Part shown: one piece after another, positions 20,893 to 29,368 of the stretch
How positions within the stretch are numbered: position 1 is the first letter of the stretch
Layout: each line of letters opens with the position of its first letter
NCBI GenBank assembly: GCA_003173855.1
Contig: PPGI01000010.1
Span: 62,304-126,303, forward strand
DNA from: Candidatus Zambryskiibacteriota bacterium
GTDB taxonomy: Bacteria > Patescibacteriota > Minisyncoccia > Phycocordibacterales > DATDWN01
DNA: 64,000 nt
Direction of reading: 5' to 3'
Made by a program: the position numbers and the translations under genes
The notes under the pieces: model-generated
Databases searched by the model: none
Seen by the model: only the letters and a program-made list of their open reading frames with translations
Told to the model about the DNA's origin: nothing

Positions 20893-20909
20893 TTACATTA
20901 TTAATGTAA
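20893..20909. promoter_or_regulatory. 17-bp perfect palindrome TTACATTA-T-TAATGTAA inside the promoter (TTGAAA -35) of the next gene
   Basis: Inverted-repeat, operator-like site between the TTGAAA at 20885 and the SD/ATG at 20931. Confidence 0.45.
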
Positions 20910-20930
20910 TGTATTATCGGAGGTTTTTTG

Positions 20931-21299
20931 ATGATCAATGTTTACTCATATCGAGGGAATGTACCTGCTCTGTTTATTCTTGTTCTGGCAATCGTTGGGA
21001 TATGGGTTAGAACAGCTCCAGTGAAATCAGAAACACAGCAAACAGAGTCGGAAAAGTACGAGCATGGAGCTTGCTACTACGAAAAGGAACAACAAAATTC
21101 GACTGTAAAGAAAATTTATCTTGCAAAGGGAGAAAAACTTCGATTTCCAAGCGTAACGGTTCATGCTGGTTACTCTCATGGTATTGAGCCAATCACAAGC
21201 CCACATCAATCAGATGAGCGTCCAACTTGCTACACAGTTTGGGGTAGGGACGATGATGTACGTCAACCTTATCTCTATATTTTCGAATGGGGATTCTGA
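20931..21299 (+). CDS. Hypothetical exported/anchored protein (122 aa) with an N-terminal TM helix and Cys pairs
   Basis: SD GGAGG 7 nt upstream. Terminator immediately downstream. Confidence 0.45.
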   Translation: MINVYSYRGNVPALFILVLAIVGIWVRTAPVKSETQQTESEKYEHGACYYEKEQQNSTVKKIYLAKGEKLRFPSVTVHAGYSHGIEPITSPHQSDERPTCYTVWGRDDDVRQPYLYIFEWGF

Positions 21300-21302
21300 A
21301 AC

Positions 21303-21345
21303 CAACGTCGCGACAAAATATCGTCGCGGCGTTTTCATTTTAAAA
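21303..21345 (+). terminator. Rho-independent terminator
   Basis: ACGTCGCGAC-loop-GTCGCGGCGT stem with one G-U pair, followed by TTTTCATTTT. Confidence 0.45.
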
Positions 21346-21375
21346 AATTTAAAGTAAAATAAATTCGGAGGGGCC

Positions 21376-21534
21376 ATGAGCAGACCGAAAAGATGTTCAC
21401 GCTGCGGAAGTTCAAACATCCAAGTAATCACCAGTGGTTACAAATGTGGGGACTGCAAGAAGCCTGCTGCAACAGTCGAAACAGTTCTCACTCATGCAGT
21501 GAAAGGGACGCAAGCAATCGAGCGTCCAAACTAA
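21376..21534 (+). CDS. Zinc-ribbon small protein (52 aa; CxxC...CxxC)
   Basis: SD GGAGGGG before ATG 21376. Sequence MSRPKRCSRCGSSNIQVITSGYKCGDCKKPA. Strong terminator follows. Below the ORF-track size cutoff. Confidence 0.5.
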   Translation: MSRPKRCSRCGSSNIQVITSGYKCGDCKKPAATVETVLTHAVKGTQAIERPN

Positions 21535-21540
21535 TATTTA

Positions 21541-21572
21541 ACCCCGCACTTCAACCGAAGTGCGGGGTTCGT
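21541..21572 (+). terminator. Rho-independent terminator (CCCCGCACTTC aacc GAAGTGCGGGG)
   Basis: 11-bp perfect stem followed by TTCGTGATATTCT. Confidence 0.5.
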
Positions 21573-21586
21573 GATATTCTATATTC

Positions 21587-24526
21587 ATGCCAAAAACTGA
21601 CTTTGAGAATAAATTTGAAGAACGATACAAAAAACTTAATCCTGACCAGAAAAAAGCAGTCGACACAATCGAGGGTCCGGTGCTTGTTGTCGCAGGTCCA
21701 GGAACCGGAAAAACCACTATTTTAACCTTGAGAATCGCCCAAATTCTGCGTAAAACCCAAACATCTCCTTATAGTATTTTAGCAATTACCTACACAAATG
21801 CTGGTGTTAAAGCCATGCGAGAAAAATTGCGAGAAATCATTGGAAACACTGCTCACGATGTCTATATCCATACATTTCACAGCTTTGCTTCAGCCATGAT
21901 GAGCGAGTATCCGGATCACTTTGTTCGACTGACGAATTTCAAGCAAATAACAGATGTCGAACAGGAATCTTTGATTCGAAATATTTTAACTATTCCGGAT
22001 TTTCAAATTCTTCGCCCGTTTGGCAATCCTGACGTTTATTTGGGTCAAATTATCCGAACAATTTCTGATGCCAAAAAAGACGCCTTAACTCCCGATATGG
22101 TCCGCGAATATTCATCCAAAAAAATCGAAGAAGTAGAAAATGACCAGTCGAACATTTCTGATCGAGGAATATCCAAGGGACAATTAAAAGCTACTGCTAA
22201 AGATGATATTGCTAAACTTCAAAAAACTCTTTTATTTGCTGATGTTTACGAACGATACGAGGAAACCAAACAGAAAAATAAATTACGAGACTATGATGAC
22301 TTGATTATTGAATTGCTCCTGACACTTAAAAATGATGAACTTTTGCTCCGATTAATTCAAGAAAGATTCCAGTACATTTTGGTTGACGAGCACCAGGACA
22401 CAAATGACGCTCAAAATTTCATTGTTGGAATGATTGCAGAATTTTTTGAAACCCCGAACATTTTCGTGGTTGGAGATGAAAAGCAGGCAATTTACAGGTT
22501 TCAAGGAGCTTCTGTTCTAAATTTCCTTCGGTTTCAGAAGCTTTGGCCAGATATTAAAGTAATTTCCCTTGGGACAAACTATCGCTCCCATCAAGCAATT
22601 CTCGACGCTAGTTTTAAAATGATTGAAAATAATTATAAAGATGATGAGCACAAGGATTTGCGAATTGAACTTACATCTGGAAGCGAATATAAAAAACAAC
22701 CTATAGATATAGTTAGCGCAGAAAATAACCAAGCTCAAGAAGAATATTTTGTAAGAGAAATTAAAAAAATTACAGTCAAAGAACCAAACGCTTCAGTGGC
22801 TATTATTACTAGACGAAACAGAGAACTTGAACGCGTTCTTCGACTTCTTGAATCAAACGATATTGCAGTCTCATCTGAGCGAAGTATTGATATTTTCCAT
22901 CACCCAGTTGGCAGTGCTTTTTTTGATTTGATTACATATCTCTCAGACTTTTCTAGAATCGATGCGTTGTCAAGAACGATTTCCGTCGGCATGTGGGGAC
23001 TAGCTTTTGGTCAATCAATTGAGCTTGCACGGATGGTAAAGGGCAGGCTAAAAGACATTGGAGATCATTTGCCAGGTCTGTCCCGAATCAGAAAATTACT
23101 ATTTAAAAATGGAGCTTTGGGCGGAATAATCGGCATTGGTGAGGAATCCGGTTTTACTGCTCTTCTTACGCGAGATCCAAGTTTTGTTGCCGTTTGGCGG
23201 AGAATCGTTACGCTTGCAGAATCAATTGCTCGAGATGAGGATTTGGATAATCCGCATGAGCTGATGCTTCGAATGCTCGAGTATCGCGAATCAGCTGAGT
23301 CAAAACCAGTAAAAGTTTCAGTTGGTACTCCAGACTTGCCAATTCGAGCGATGACAGCACATGGATCAAAAGGTCTTGAGTTTGATTACGTTTTTATTCC
23401 ATATGCAAACGACGAGATCTGGGTTGGCAGATCTTGGGGTTCTTCGTTTTCTTTGCCTCAGAAAAATCAAAGCAGAAATGATGTTTCCGATATTAGACGG
23501 TTATTTTATGTAGCTATAACGCGAGCAAGAAAACATGTTTCCATTTGTTATGCTCTTGAAGAATCTGACGGTAAAACACTTACACCGCTGCGTTTTCTTT
23601 CTGAACTCGACGATAAATCTACAAAAATAACAAAACTTTTGCGCTCACAAATATCTGTTGATCCAAAAAATAAAAAATTGGAAATTATTGAACATGACGA
23701 CCTCTTAACTCACGAAGCTAAAAAAGTCTTACTTGAAAATGGCCTTTCTGTCACAGCTCTCAATCATTTTATAGAATGTCCAAGCAAGTTTATTTACGAG
23801 AGTGTTTTAAAACTACCTCAGGCTCCATCAATAACTGCTGAAAAAGGGTCCGCCATGCACGAAGCAATCTCAAAAATTTGGTCGACTTCCAAGCGAACGG
23901 AGAAAGTTATTGAAAAAATAATTTCCGAAACTGCAACGGAGTACATTGATAAATCATTGCTTAGCTTAAAAGAAAAAGAAGCAGTTAAAAAAGATATTAT
24001 TACTTCAGCTCCAGTTGTAGCAAAAGGACTTGCCTCGCATTTTAGAAGATCTGATAATGTAAGCGTGGAAAGATGGATGGAGAATCCATTTGATACAGAG
24101 TTTCAAGGAAAAAAAATAGCTATTGGTTTACATGGAAAACTGGATGCCATTTTAGAATCAGTCGATAGTGTTGATGTTTATGACTACAAAACACGAAAGG
24201 GAATGTCAGTCGCTGCCATTAAAGGTGAGACAAAAAATGATGATGGCAATTATTTTAGACAATTAGTTTTTTATAAGTTGCTTTTAGAAAACGATTCAAA
24301 GTTTAGGAAGAAAAAAATTTCTACATCGCTGGTATTTTTGACTCCAGATGATTATGGTCGGACTCCAACAATTACTTTGGCAGTCTCTGATGCTGATGTA
24401 AAAAAAGTTAAAGAGGAAATTAAAAATTTAATTGATGATGTTTGGTCAGGCAGGATTAGTGAAAATTATTGTGGTGAAAAGGATTGCCAGTATTGTGGAA
24501 TGAGGCAATTGATTAAGAAAATATAG
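21587..24526 (+). CDS. UvrD/PcrA-family helicase fused to a C-terminal PD-(D/E)xK nuclease with a Cys cluster (AddA/Cas4-like)
   Basis: Walker A AGPGTGKT. DExx box VDEHQDTN. Helicase motifs through VTRARKHV. C-terminal DVYDYKT nuclease core and CGEKDCQYCGMRQ cluster. Confidence 0.8.
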   Translation: MPKTDFENKFEERYKKLNPDQKKAVDTIEGPVLVVAGPGTGKTTILTLRIAQILRKTQTSPYSILAITYTNAGVKAMREKLREIIGNTAHDVYIHTFHSFASAMMSEYPDHFVRLTNFKQITDVEQESLIRNILTIPDFQILRPFGNPDVYLGQIIRTISDAKKDALTPDMVREYSSKKIEEVENDQSNISDRGISKGQLKATAKDDIAKLQKTLLFADVYERYEETKQKNKLRDYDDLIIELLLTLKNDELLLRLIQERFQYILVDEHQDTNDAQNFIVGMIAEFFETPNIFVVGDEKQAIYRFQGASVLNFLRFQKLWPDIKVISLGTNYRSHQAILDASFKMIENNYKDDEHKDLRIELTSGSEYKKQPIDIVSAENNQAQEEYFVREIKKITVKEPNASVAIITRRNRELERVLRLLESNDIAVSSERSIDIFHHPVGSAFFDLITYLSDFSRIDALSRTISVGMWGLAFGQSIELARMVKGRLKDIGDHLPGLSRIRKLLFKNGALGGIIGIGEESGFTALLTRDPSFVAVWRRIVTLAESIARDEDLDNPHELMLRMLEYRESAESKPVKVSVGTPDLPIRAMTAHGSKGLEFDYVFIPYANDEIWVGRSWGSSFSLPQKNQSRNDVSDIRRLFYVAITRARKHVSICYALEESDGKTLTPLRFLSELDDKSTKITKLLRSQISVDPKNKKLEIIEHDDLLTHEAKKVLLENGLSVTALNHFIECPSKFIYESVLKLPQAPSITAEKGSAMHEAISKIWSTSKRTEKVIEKIISETATEYIDKSLLSLKEKEAVKKDIITSAPVVAKGLASHFRRSDNVSVERWMENPFDTEFQGKKIAIGLHGKLDAILESVDSVDVYDYKTRKGMSVAAIKGETKNDDGNYFRQLVFYKLLLENDSKFRKKKISTSLVFLTPDDYGRTPTITLAVSDADVKKVKEEIKNLIDDVWSGRISENYCGEKDCQYCGMRQLIKKI

Positions 24527-24527
24527 A

Positions 24528-25244
24528 TTAAGGAGCAAGAAGAGCGTCAATTGTTGCTTTTATATTTGCGTAAGGTTGAGCACCTTCAACAACTGTTTTT
24601 GTTCCGTCGCTTGAAATAATTACAGAAGTTGGAGTTCCTTGTCCGCCAGCTTTGATCGCATCATCATAATCTGCTTGCACTTTTGCAGCATATTTTCCAC
24701 TAGACAGGCATGAGTTAAAAGCATTTACATCTAAACCAATTTGACCTGCTATTTTTGGAAGTTGAGCCGGATCAAGAGTGTTGTTTGATGTTGTTGTGTC
24801 ATATATTAGGTTTTCGTACTGCCAGAATTTTGCTGCTCCACCCAACTCATTTGCACATTCAAGAGCTTCAGCTTCCTTTGGAGCTTTGGAGTGCAATGAA
24901 GCGATAGGGAAATGTCTGTAAACCCAAGCCACTTTTCCATTTTTTCCATACTGATCCATAATTTGTCGCAAAGTTGTATTGAATTGCTTGCAGAACGGAC
25001 ATTCTGTGTCGGAATATTCAACGATAATTAATTGAGCATTTGGATTGCCAAGAATATGATCTTCACTAGAGACTGGTCTCATATTTATTTCGCCATTTGA
25101 GGCATTTGCAACATTTGCTGTTGTTGTATCGTTTTTAACCAGAGGTTCTTTGTTTAACTTTAAATTCGAATAATAAAGTGCTCCGGCAATAAGTCCTCCG
25201 GCAATTACAATAGCTATTGGTACTGAAAGTTTTTCTATGTTCAT
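24528..25244 (-). CDS. DsbA-like thiol:disulfide oxidoreductase, membrane anchored
   Basis: CPFC active site, N-terminal TM anchor, thioredoxin-fold length. Confidence 0.75.
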   Translation of the reverse strand: MNIEKLSVPIAIVIAGGLIAGALYYSNLKLNKEPLVKNDTTTANVANASNGEINMRPVSSEDHILGNPNAQLIIVEYSDTECPFCKQFNTTLRQIMDQYGKNGKVAWVYRHFPIASLHSKAPKEAEALECANELGGAAKFWQYENLIYDTTTSNNTLDPAQLPKIAGQIGLDVNAFNSCLSSGKYAAKVQADYDDAIKAGGQGTPTSVIISSDGTKTVVEGAQPYANIKATIDALLAP

Positions 25245-25260
25245 GGTACGATAATACTAT

Positions 25261-26055
25261 ATGAGTCATTTTGTAGCAATTATTCTCGGAGCTGTTGAAG
25301 GATTAACAGAGTTTATTCCTATTTCTTCGTCAGGGCATTTGATAGTTGTTCGTGAACTTTTGCATGTTAATGATTCAAACGGACTGGCATTTGATGCCAT
25401 AATTCAGCTTGCAGCAACTCTGGCTTTAGTTTTTTACTTTTGGAAAGACATCTGGCATTTGATTGTCACTTTTTTTAAATTTATTTTTGGCAGGTCCATT
25501 GAACAGAGAGATCTTACGTTTTTGGTTGCAATAATTATTGGAACTATTCCGGCTGTAATTCTAGGCTTATTTTTAGAAAAAACACTGGAGACGCTTTTTA
25601 GAAATATTCATTTAGTAGCTTTTGCTTTGCTCGCAGGAAGTGCACTGATGTGGTATGCCCAAAGAGTGGCAAAACATAATAAAGGATTGCATGTAAAAAA
25701 TGCATTCATAATTGGACTATATCAATGTCTTGCATTAATTCCTGGGATCTCACGATCAGGGGCAACTATTTCTGGAGGATTAATTGAAGGTCTTGATCAA
25801 GAACAAGCAGTCAGATTTTCATTTCTTTTATCAGTTCCAATTCTAATAGGTTCTGGTTTAAAGAAATTATTTGAAGTTAGGCATTTAATATTAGGAAATA
25901 CATTTGGATCTTCATTGTTTTTAGGCTCAATCACTGCCTTTATTGTCGGATTATTATCCATTAGATTTCTTATTAAATATCTTAAAACAAACAATCTAAA
26001 TATCTTCATATACTACAGAATAGCCTTATTTTTAGCCATATTTTTACTATTTTAG
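25261..26055 (+). CDS. uppP: Undecaprenyl-diphosphatase
   Basis: VEGLTEFIPISSSGHL and SRSGATISGGL signature motifs. Confidence 0.85.
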   Translation: MSHFVAIILGAVEGLTEFIPISSSGHLIVVRELLHVNDSNGLAFDAIIQLAATLALVFYFWKDIWHLIVTFFKFIFGRSIEQRDLTFLVAIIIGTIPAVILGLFLEKTLETLFRNIHLVAFALLAGSALMWYAQRVAKHNKGLHVKNAFIIGLYQCLALIPGISRSGATISGGLIEGLDQEQAVRFSFLLSVPILIGSGLKKLFEVRHLILGNTFGSSLFLGSITAFIVGLLSIRFLIKYLKTNNLNIFIYYRIALFLAIFLLF

Positions 26056-26073
26056 TAATTAAATTAAATCTGC

Positions 26074-26102
26074 TTGACATAGTTTAAGTAGTATGTTAAT
26101 CT
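26074..26102 (+). promoter_or_regulatory. Promoter TGCTTGACA-N17-TAATCTTA (copy 1)
   Basis: Consensus -35, 17-bp spacer, TAATCT -10. Extended identity with copy 2 (AAATnTGCTTGAC...TAATCTTA). Confidence 0.5.
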
Positions 26103-26161
26103 TATTTCCAGAAACATGGGGCAATTTCGCCTCAGAGTTCTCAAAAGGTAGGGCAAAAGTC

Positions 26162-26794
26162 ATGGCCAAGGAAATGCTGACTCTCGACCAGGTCACCGAA
26201 AACGTCGGAGGCCTCATCAAGACCATGAAGTCCGTCAAGGGCTTCCGGATCGGCGAGCCGATCACAGGCTTCGTCAAGAAGATGGCCGATGCCATCGAGG
26301 CCGGCAAGCAGGCCGACGCCATCGATGTCGGTGAGGAGCTCGTCTCCGTGGGTCGCTCGATCCTCGGCAAGTTCATCAGGAACTCAGTCGTGGATCAGAA
26401 GAGCGAGGCGGACGAGATGCTCCTCCGCCAGGCACACTTCAACAAGATCCTGTCGCGGGTCGTCGCCGAGGGTTACGACGAAGACATCGTCGCTCGTCTC
26501 GAGAAGCTTCGCAAGGAACTCGAGGAGGCGGTGAACGTCGAGCGCAACGGAACCTTCGAAGTTCGCATCGGCGCCTACAACGCCATGTCTCAGGCAGCGG
26601 AAGATGCTGACAAGGAACAGGAGAAGCGTGACAGAGTTCGTCGTGTTCAGAGGCAAGAAGCCGCTCGCGCTGCGGCGTCGAACGGCAAGAAGGACGCTCT
26701 TCCGCAGGTTCCGACGAACAAGGGCACCGAACAGCGCGCCACCCTGCTCGCCGCTCGCAAGCAGCAAGCCGACGCCCTGAAGGCACTCCTCTAA
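26162..26794 (+). CDS. Hypothetical alpha-helical Ala/Glu/Lys/Arg-rich protein (211 aa) with foreign high-GC codon usage
   Basis: ATG 26162 after AAGGTAGGG. GC3-biased codons (AAG, GTC, GCC, CGC) unlike the host. Terminator downstream. Confidence 0.5.
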   Translation: MAKEMLTLDQVTENVGGLIKTMKSVKGFRIGEPITGFVKKMADAIEAGKQADAIDVGEELVSVGRSILGKFIRNSVVDQKSEADEMLLRQAHFNKILSRVVAEGYDEDIVARLEKLRKELEEAVNVERNGTFEVRIGAYNAMSQAAEDADKEQEKRDRVRRVQRQEAARAAASNGKKDALPQVPTNKGTEQRATLLAARKQQADALKALL

Positions 26795-26819
26795 TCCGTC
26801 GGTCGACGACGTGTTCCAC

Positions 26820-26860
26820 AAGTCCGGGAAGGACAGCAAACTTCCCGGACTTTTCTATTG
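26820..26860 (+). terminator. Rho-independent terminator (AGTCCGGGAAG...CTTCCCGGACT TTTTCTATTG)
   Basis: 11-bp stem plus U-tract. Confidence 0.5.
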
Positions 26861-26871
26861 TTTAAATGTGC

Positions 26872-26900
26872 TTGACGAAAAGTGAAGATCATGATAATCT
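26872..26900 (+). promoter_or_regulatory. Promoter TGCTTGACG-N17-TAATCTTA (copy 2)
   Basis: Same architecture and extended flanks as copy 1. Confidence 0.5.
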
Positions 26901-26974
26901 TACCTTGTTGATACATTAGTTCATTCAGATCACCGTTCGCCTTGAGGCGAACACAAGCGAAGGGAGCGCAGACA

Positions 26975-27172
26975 ATGAGGACACACTCGCCGCCGATGGC
27001 GGCCCACACCTTCGGGGGAGCGCAGAGCGCTCAGCCCCAGCATTGCATGGTTTCCAGCACGATCATCGCGATTCACGAGCAGCTCGGCGCGCGCCGCGGC
27101 CTGACCGCCGGCGACGGCGTCTCGGAGGGGACATGCTTCGCTTATACCAGTCCGGCAACTCGAGCCCGTTGA
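26975..27172 (+). CDS. GC-rich small ORF (65 aa). The whole ~350-nt transcript is highly structured, so it may instead be an ncRNA.
   Basis: SD AAGGGAG before ATG 26975. Numerous local GC hairpins. Flanked by the promoter and the 27205 terminator. Confidence 0.25.
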   Translation: MRTHSPPMAAHTFGGAQSAQPQHCMVSSTIIAIHEQLGARRGLTAGDGVSEGTCFAYTSPATRAR

Positions 27173-27204
27173 AGGGCATCCTCTGAAGAGGACTTGCGAC
27201 GGCC

Positions 27205-27245
27205 GTTGAACGGCAAACCCGGGGGAGATTTCTCTCCCGGGTGTT
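27205..27245 (+). terminator. Rho-independent terminator (CCCGGGGGAGA ttt TCTCTCCCGGG TGTTTTTATT)
   Basis: Perfect 11-bp stem plus U-tract. Marks the end of the GC-rich island. Confidence 0.55.
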
Positions 27246-27400
27246 TTTATTATTTTAATTTTTAATTACCAATTAACTAAGATTTTCAGATTTGGATGCA
27301 GTTCTAGGCGGACAAGAAAAATGCGAGGAGCCTTACAACTGTAAGGTGACGAAGATTTTTTGAAGTCCAACAACGAAATGCGCCAAATGTGAAAATCGAG

Positions 27401-27982
27401 CTAGAATAAACTTTGTGTTTTAACTTCAGGTACTGGCTCCCAATGCTTAGTTTCCAATTTTATTTCTTTAATAAATGGTCCATCTTTAAACATTAGTTTT
27501 TTATTTTTCAGTGCATATTCGTAAACATCACGGGTTATACGGACATCATCAATACAGTATTTTTTAATCTCTTCAACACGTCCTGTCCGCCACCAGACGA
27601 TTGCATCAAAACCATGACCGCTTTTATTTATTCCAAATGTTCCTTCTGCTATTTTATCTAGACTCATTCTCCGACCATACTGTGATTTTATTTCTTTTAG
27701 GACATCGAGAGACCTGATAGATTTTAGATCGCCTTTGCCAGCACGTCTATAATATTTATTTAAAAGTGGAATATCAAAATGATCCCCAGTAAATGTAATT
27801 AATACATCAGCTTTTTCAAAATATGGCCACATTTTGTCGAATTCTTCTTCAGTAAAACATTTGAATTCATTAGTTTCGTAATCATAAATTCCGACAACAG
27901 AAATATCCAAATCAGCTGGATTGTTTGATCCCACATCCTGAAAAATATTTTTTGTTTCTATATCAAAAACTAACTTTCTCAT
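27401..27982 (-). CDS. DEDD-type 3'-5' exonuclease (RNase H-like, PolB-exonuclease-like stand-alone)
   Basis: Exo I FDIET, Exo II FTGDHFDIPLL, Exo III YCIDDV. Confidence 0.65.
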   Translation of the reverse strand: MRKLVFDIETKNIFQDVGSNNPADLDISVVGIYDYETNEFKCFTEEEFDKMWPYFEKADVLITFTGDHFDIPLLNKYYRRAGKGDLKSIRSLDVLKEIKSQYGRRMSLDKIAEGTFGINKSGHGFDAIVWWRTGRVEEIKKYCIDDVRITRDVYEYALKNKKLMFKDGPFIKEIKLETKHWEPVPEVKTQSLF

Positions 27983-28788
27983 TTGCTCATCGGAAGATTG
28001 TGTGTTTCTAGAAAGTCACGAATGGTAATATCGCCCATTCCGAAACCAACCATAGGCATAGGATCTGCTCCAAATATTTCCATTAGATTGTCATATCTTC
28101 CACCACCACAAATTGAGCGTGGGTTATCTGAATTCCTATCAAAAATTTCAAAAACCATGCCTGTGTAGTATGTTTGTCCTCGTGCAAGGGTTTTATCAAT
28201 TCTAGTATTGGTAATACCCTCATCATTCAATCTTTTAATTAGATCTTCTAAATTTTCCTTTGTATTATTTGGATAATTTAATCTAATTTCGAAATCGTCT
28301 TTTGTTGCACCAAATTTTATTAAAATCTCGTAAGCAATTTTTATAATTTCCGCATCATTTTCTTGGGGATTATTATCGATTCCAATAAGATCACAATTTA
28401 GTTGGTAGTGTTCGCGCTTACGACCTCTTTGTGGCCGCTCATATCGAAAAAGATTTGGAATAGAATACCAACGCAGAGGAAATTTAAGAGATTTACGTCT
28501 GGCGGCGACCATTCGCGCTAATGTTGGAGTCATTTCTGGACGTAAGGTAACTGAACGATTACCCCTATCAATAAAAGTAAATGTCTGTTCATTTACAATT
28601 TCTGACCCACTTTTTTCTGTATAAAGTTCTGTAGGTTCAAGTGGGGAAGCGCTGTACTCAACATATCCTTTATTCTCGCAAATCTTGCGCCAAGTGTTAA
28701 AAATATAGTTCTGTATTTTCATATCTTCCGGGTAGAAATCGCGCACTCCTTTATATGGTTCGGTAGATAGTTTTTCTTTGTCAGTCAT
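27979..28788 (-). CDS. Histidyl-tRNA synthetase catalytic-core paralog (HisZ-like, no anticodon-binding domain)
   Basis: KGVRDFYPE N-terminus, class II motif 2 region, GGGRYDNL and GFGMGD motif 3. Ends right after the catalytic core at 269 aa. Confidence 0.6.
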   Translation of the reverse strand: MTDKEKLSTEPYKGVRDFYPEDMKIQNYIFNTWRKICENKGYVEYSASPLEPTELYTEKSGSEIVNEQTFTFIDRGNRSVTLRPEMTPTLARMVAARRKSLKFPLRWYSIPNLFRYERPQRGRKREHYQLNCDLIGIDNNPQENDAEIIKIAYEILIKFGATKDDFEIRLNYPNNTKENLEDLIKRLNDEGITNTRIDKTLARGQTYYTGMVFEIFDRNSDNPRSICGGGRYDNLMEIFGADPMPMVGFGMGDITIRDFLETHNLPMSK

Positions 28789-28896
28789 TTGATATAGTGT
28801 AGCAGAAAATTGTTAAAGGTCTATAAACAGAGTCGCTCTTGGAAGTTTTTGTTGATTATGCTTAAATTCAAATAGAAACCTTACAGCGGAGGCTCG

Positions 28897-29262
28897 ATGA
28901 TTTCACAGTCTGACAGACGCGAGATGCTGGCTGCGATTGGGAGGATTCTGTGGGCATGCAGAGTGAAAAGGTGTCTCACAAGTAAAAACATAGGCTATAG
29001 AGCTGGAGTGCCTCGAGAAATTGTTGAGATGATCGAACGAGGGGAAGTGGCGGTCAAAAGCCAGATTGAAAGGGTGGTTGCTGCTTATCATTTTCACGAT
29101 GAAAGAGTGGAAGTGATCGCCAACTATTTGGCTGAAGTTTTTCCTTTCGGTGATCAAGTCGTTCAGATTGAAGTTCCTGTAACGAGAGATCCTGCGCCAA
29201 GGATTAGAAACAGGGCGCCAAAACAGGCAATACGACCATCTCATGGATGGTCCGGTCGGTAA
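28897..29262 (+). CDS. XRE-family HTH transcriptional regulator (paralog 1)
   Basis: YRAGVPREIVEMIERGE helix-turn-helix. Elevated GC. Confidence 0.55.
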   Translation: MISQSDRREMLAAIGRILWACRVKRCLTSKNIGYRAGVPREIVEMIERGEVAVKSQIERVVAAYHFHDERVEVIANYLAEVFPFGDQVVQIEVPVTRDPAPRIRNRAPKQAIRPSHGWSGR

Positions 29263-29266
29263 AGAT

Positions 29267-29303
29267 AGAGCACCAGTTTCGGCTGGTGCTCTTTGATTTT
29301 TAC
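29267..29303 (+). terminator. Rho-independent terminator (AGAGCACCAG tttcgg CTGGTGCTCT TTGATTTTTAC)
   Basis: Perfect 10-bp stem plus U-tract. Confidence 0.55.
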
Positions 29304-29368
29304 TCCAAAATTTGCAATAATTGATGATGGACTCTGTTTGCGAATGAACGCAAATAGGGAAATCGGAG

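Noticed and set aside
21393-21725. 110-aa + ORF overlapping the uvrD-like start
   Set aside because: Out of frame with the better-supported 52-aa zinc-ribbon ORF and reads through its terminator. No SD.
26289-26839. Three overlapping ORFs (81, 151, 126 aa) on both strands inside the high-GC island
   Set aside because: Arg/Ser/Pro-rich translations typical of out-of-frame or antisense reads of high-GC coding DNA. They overlap the well-formed 26162-26794 gene.
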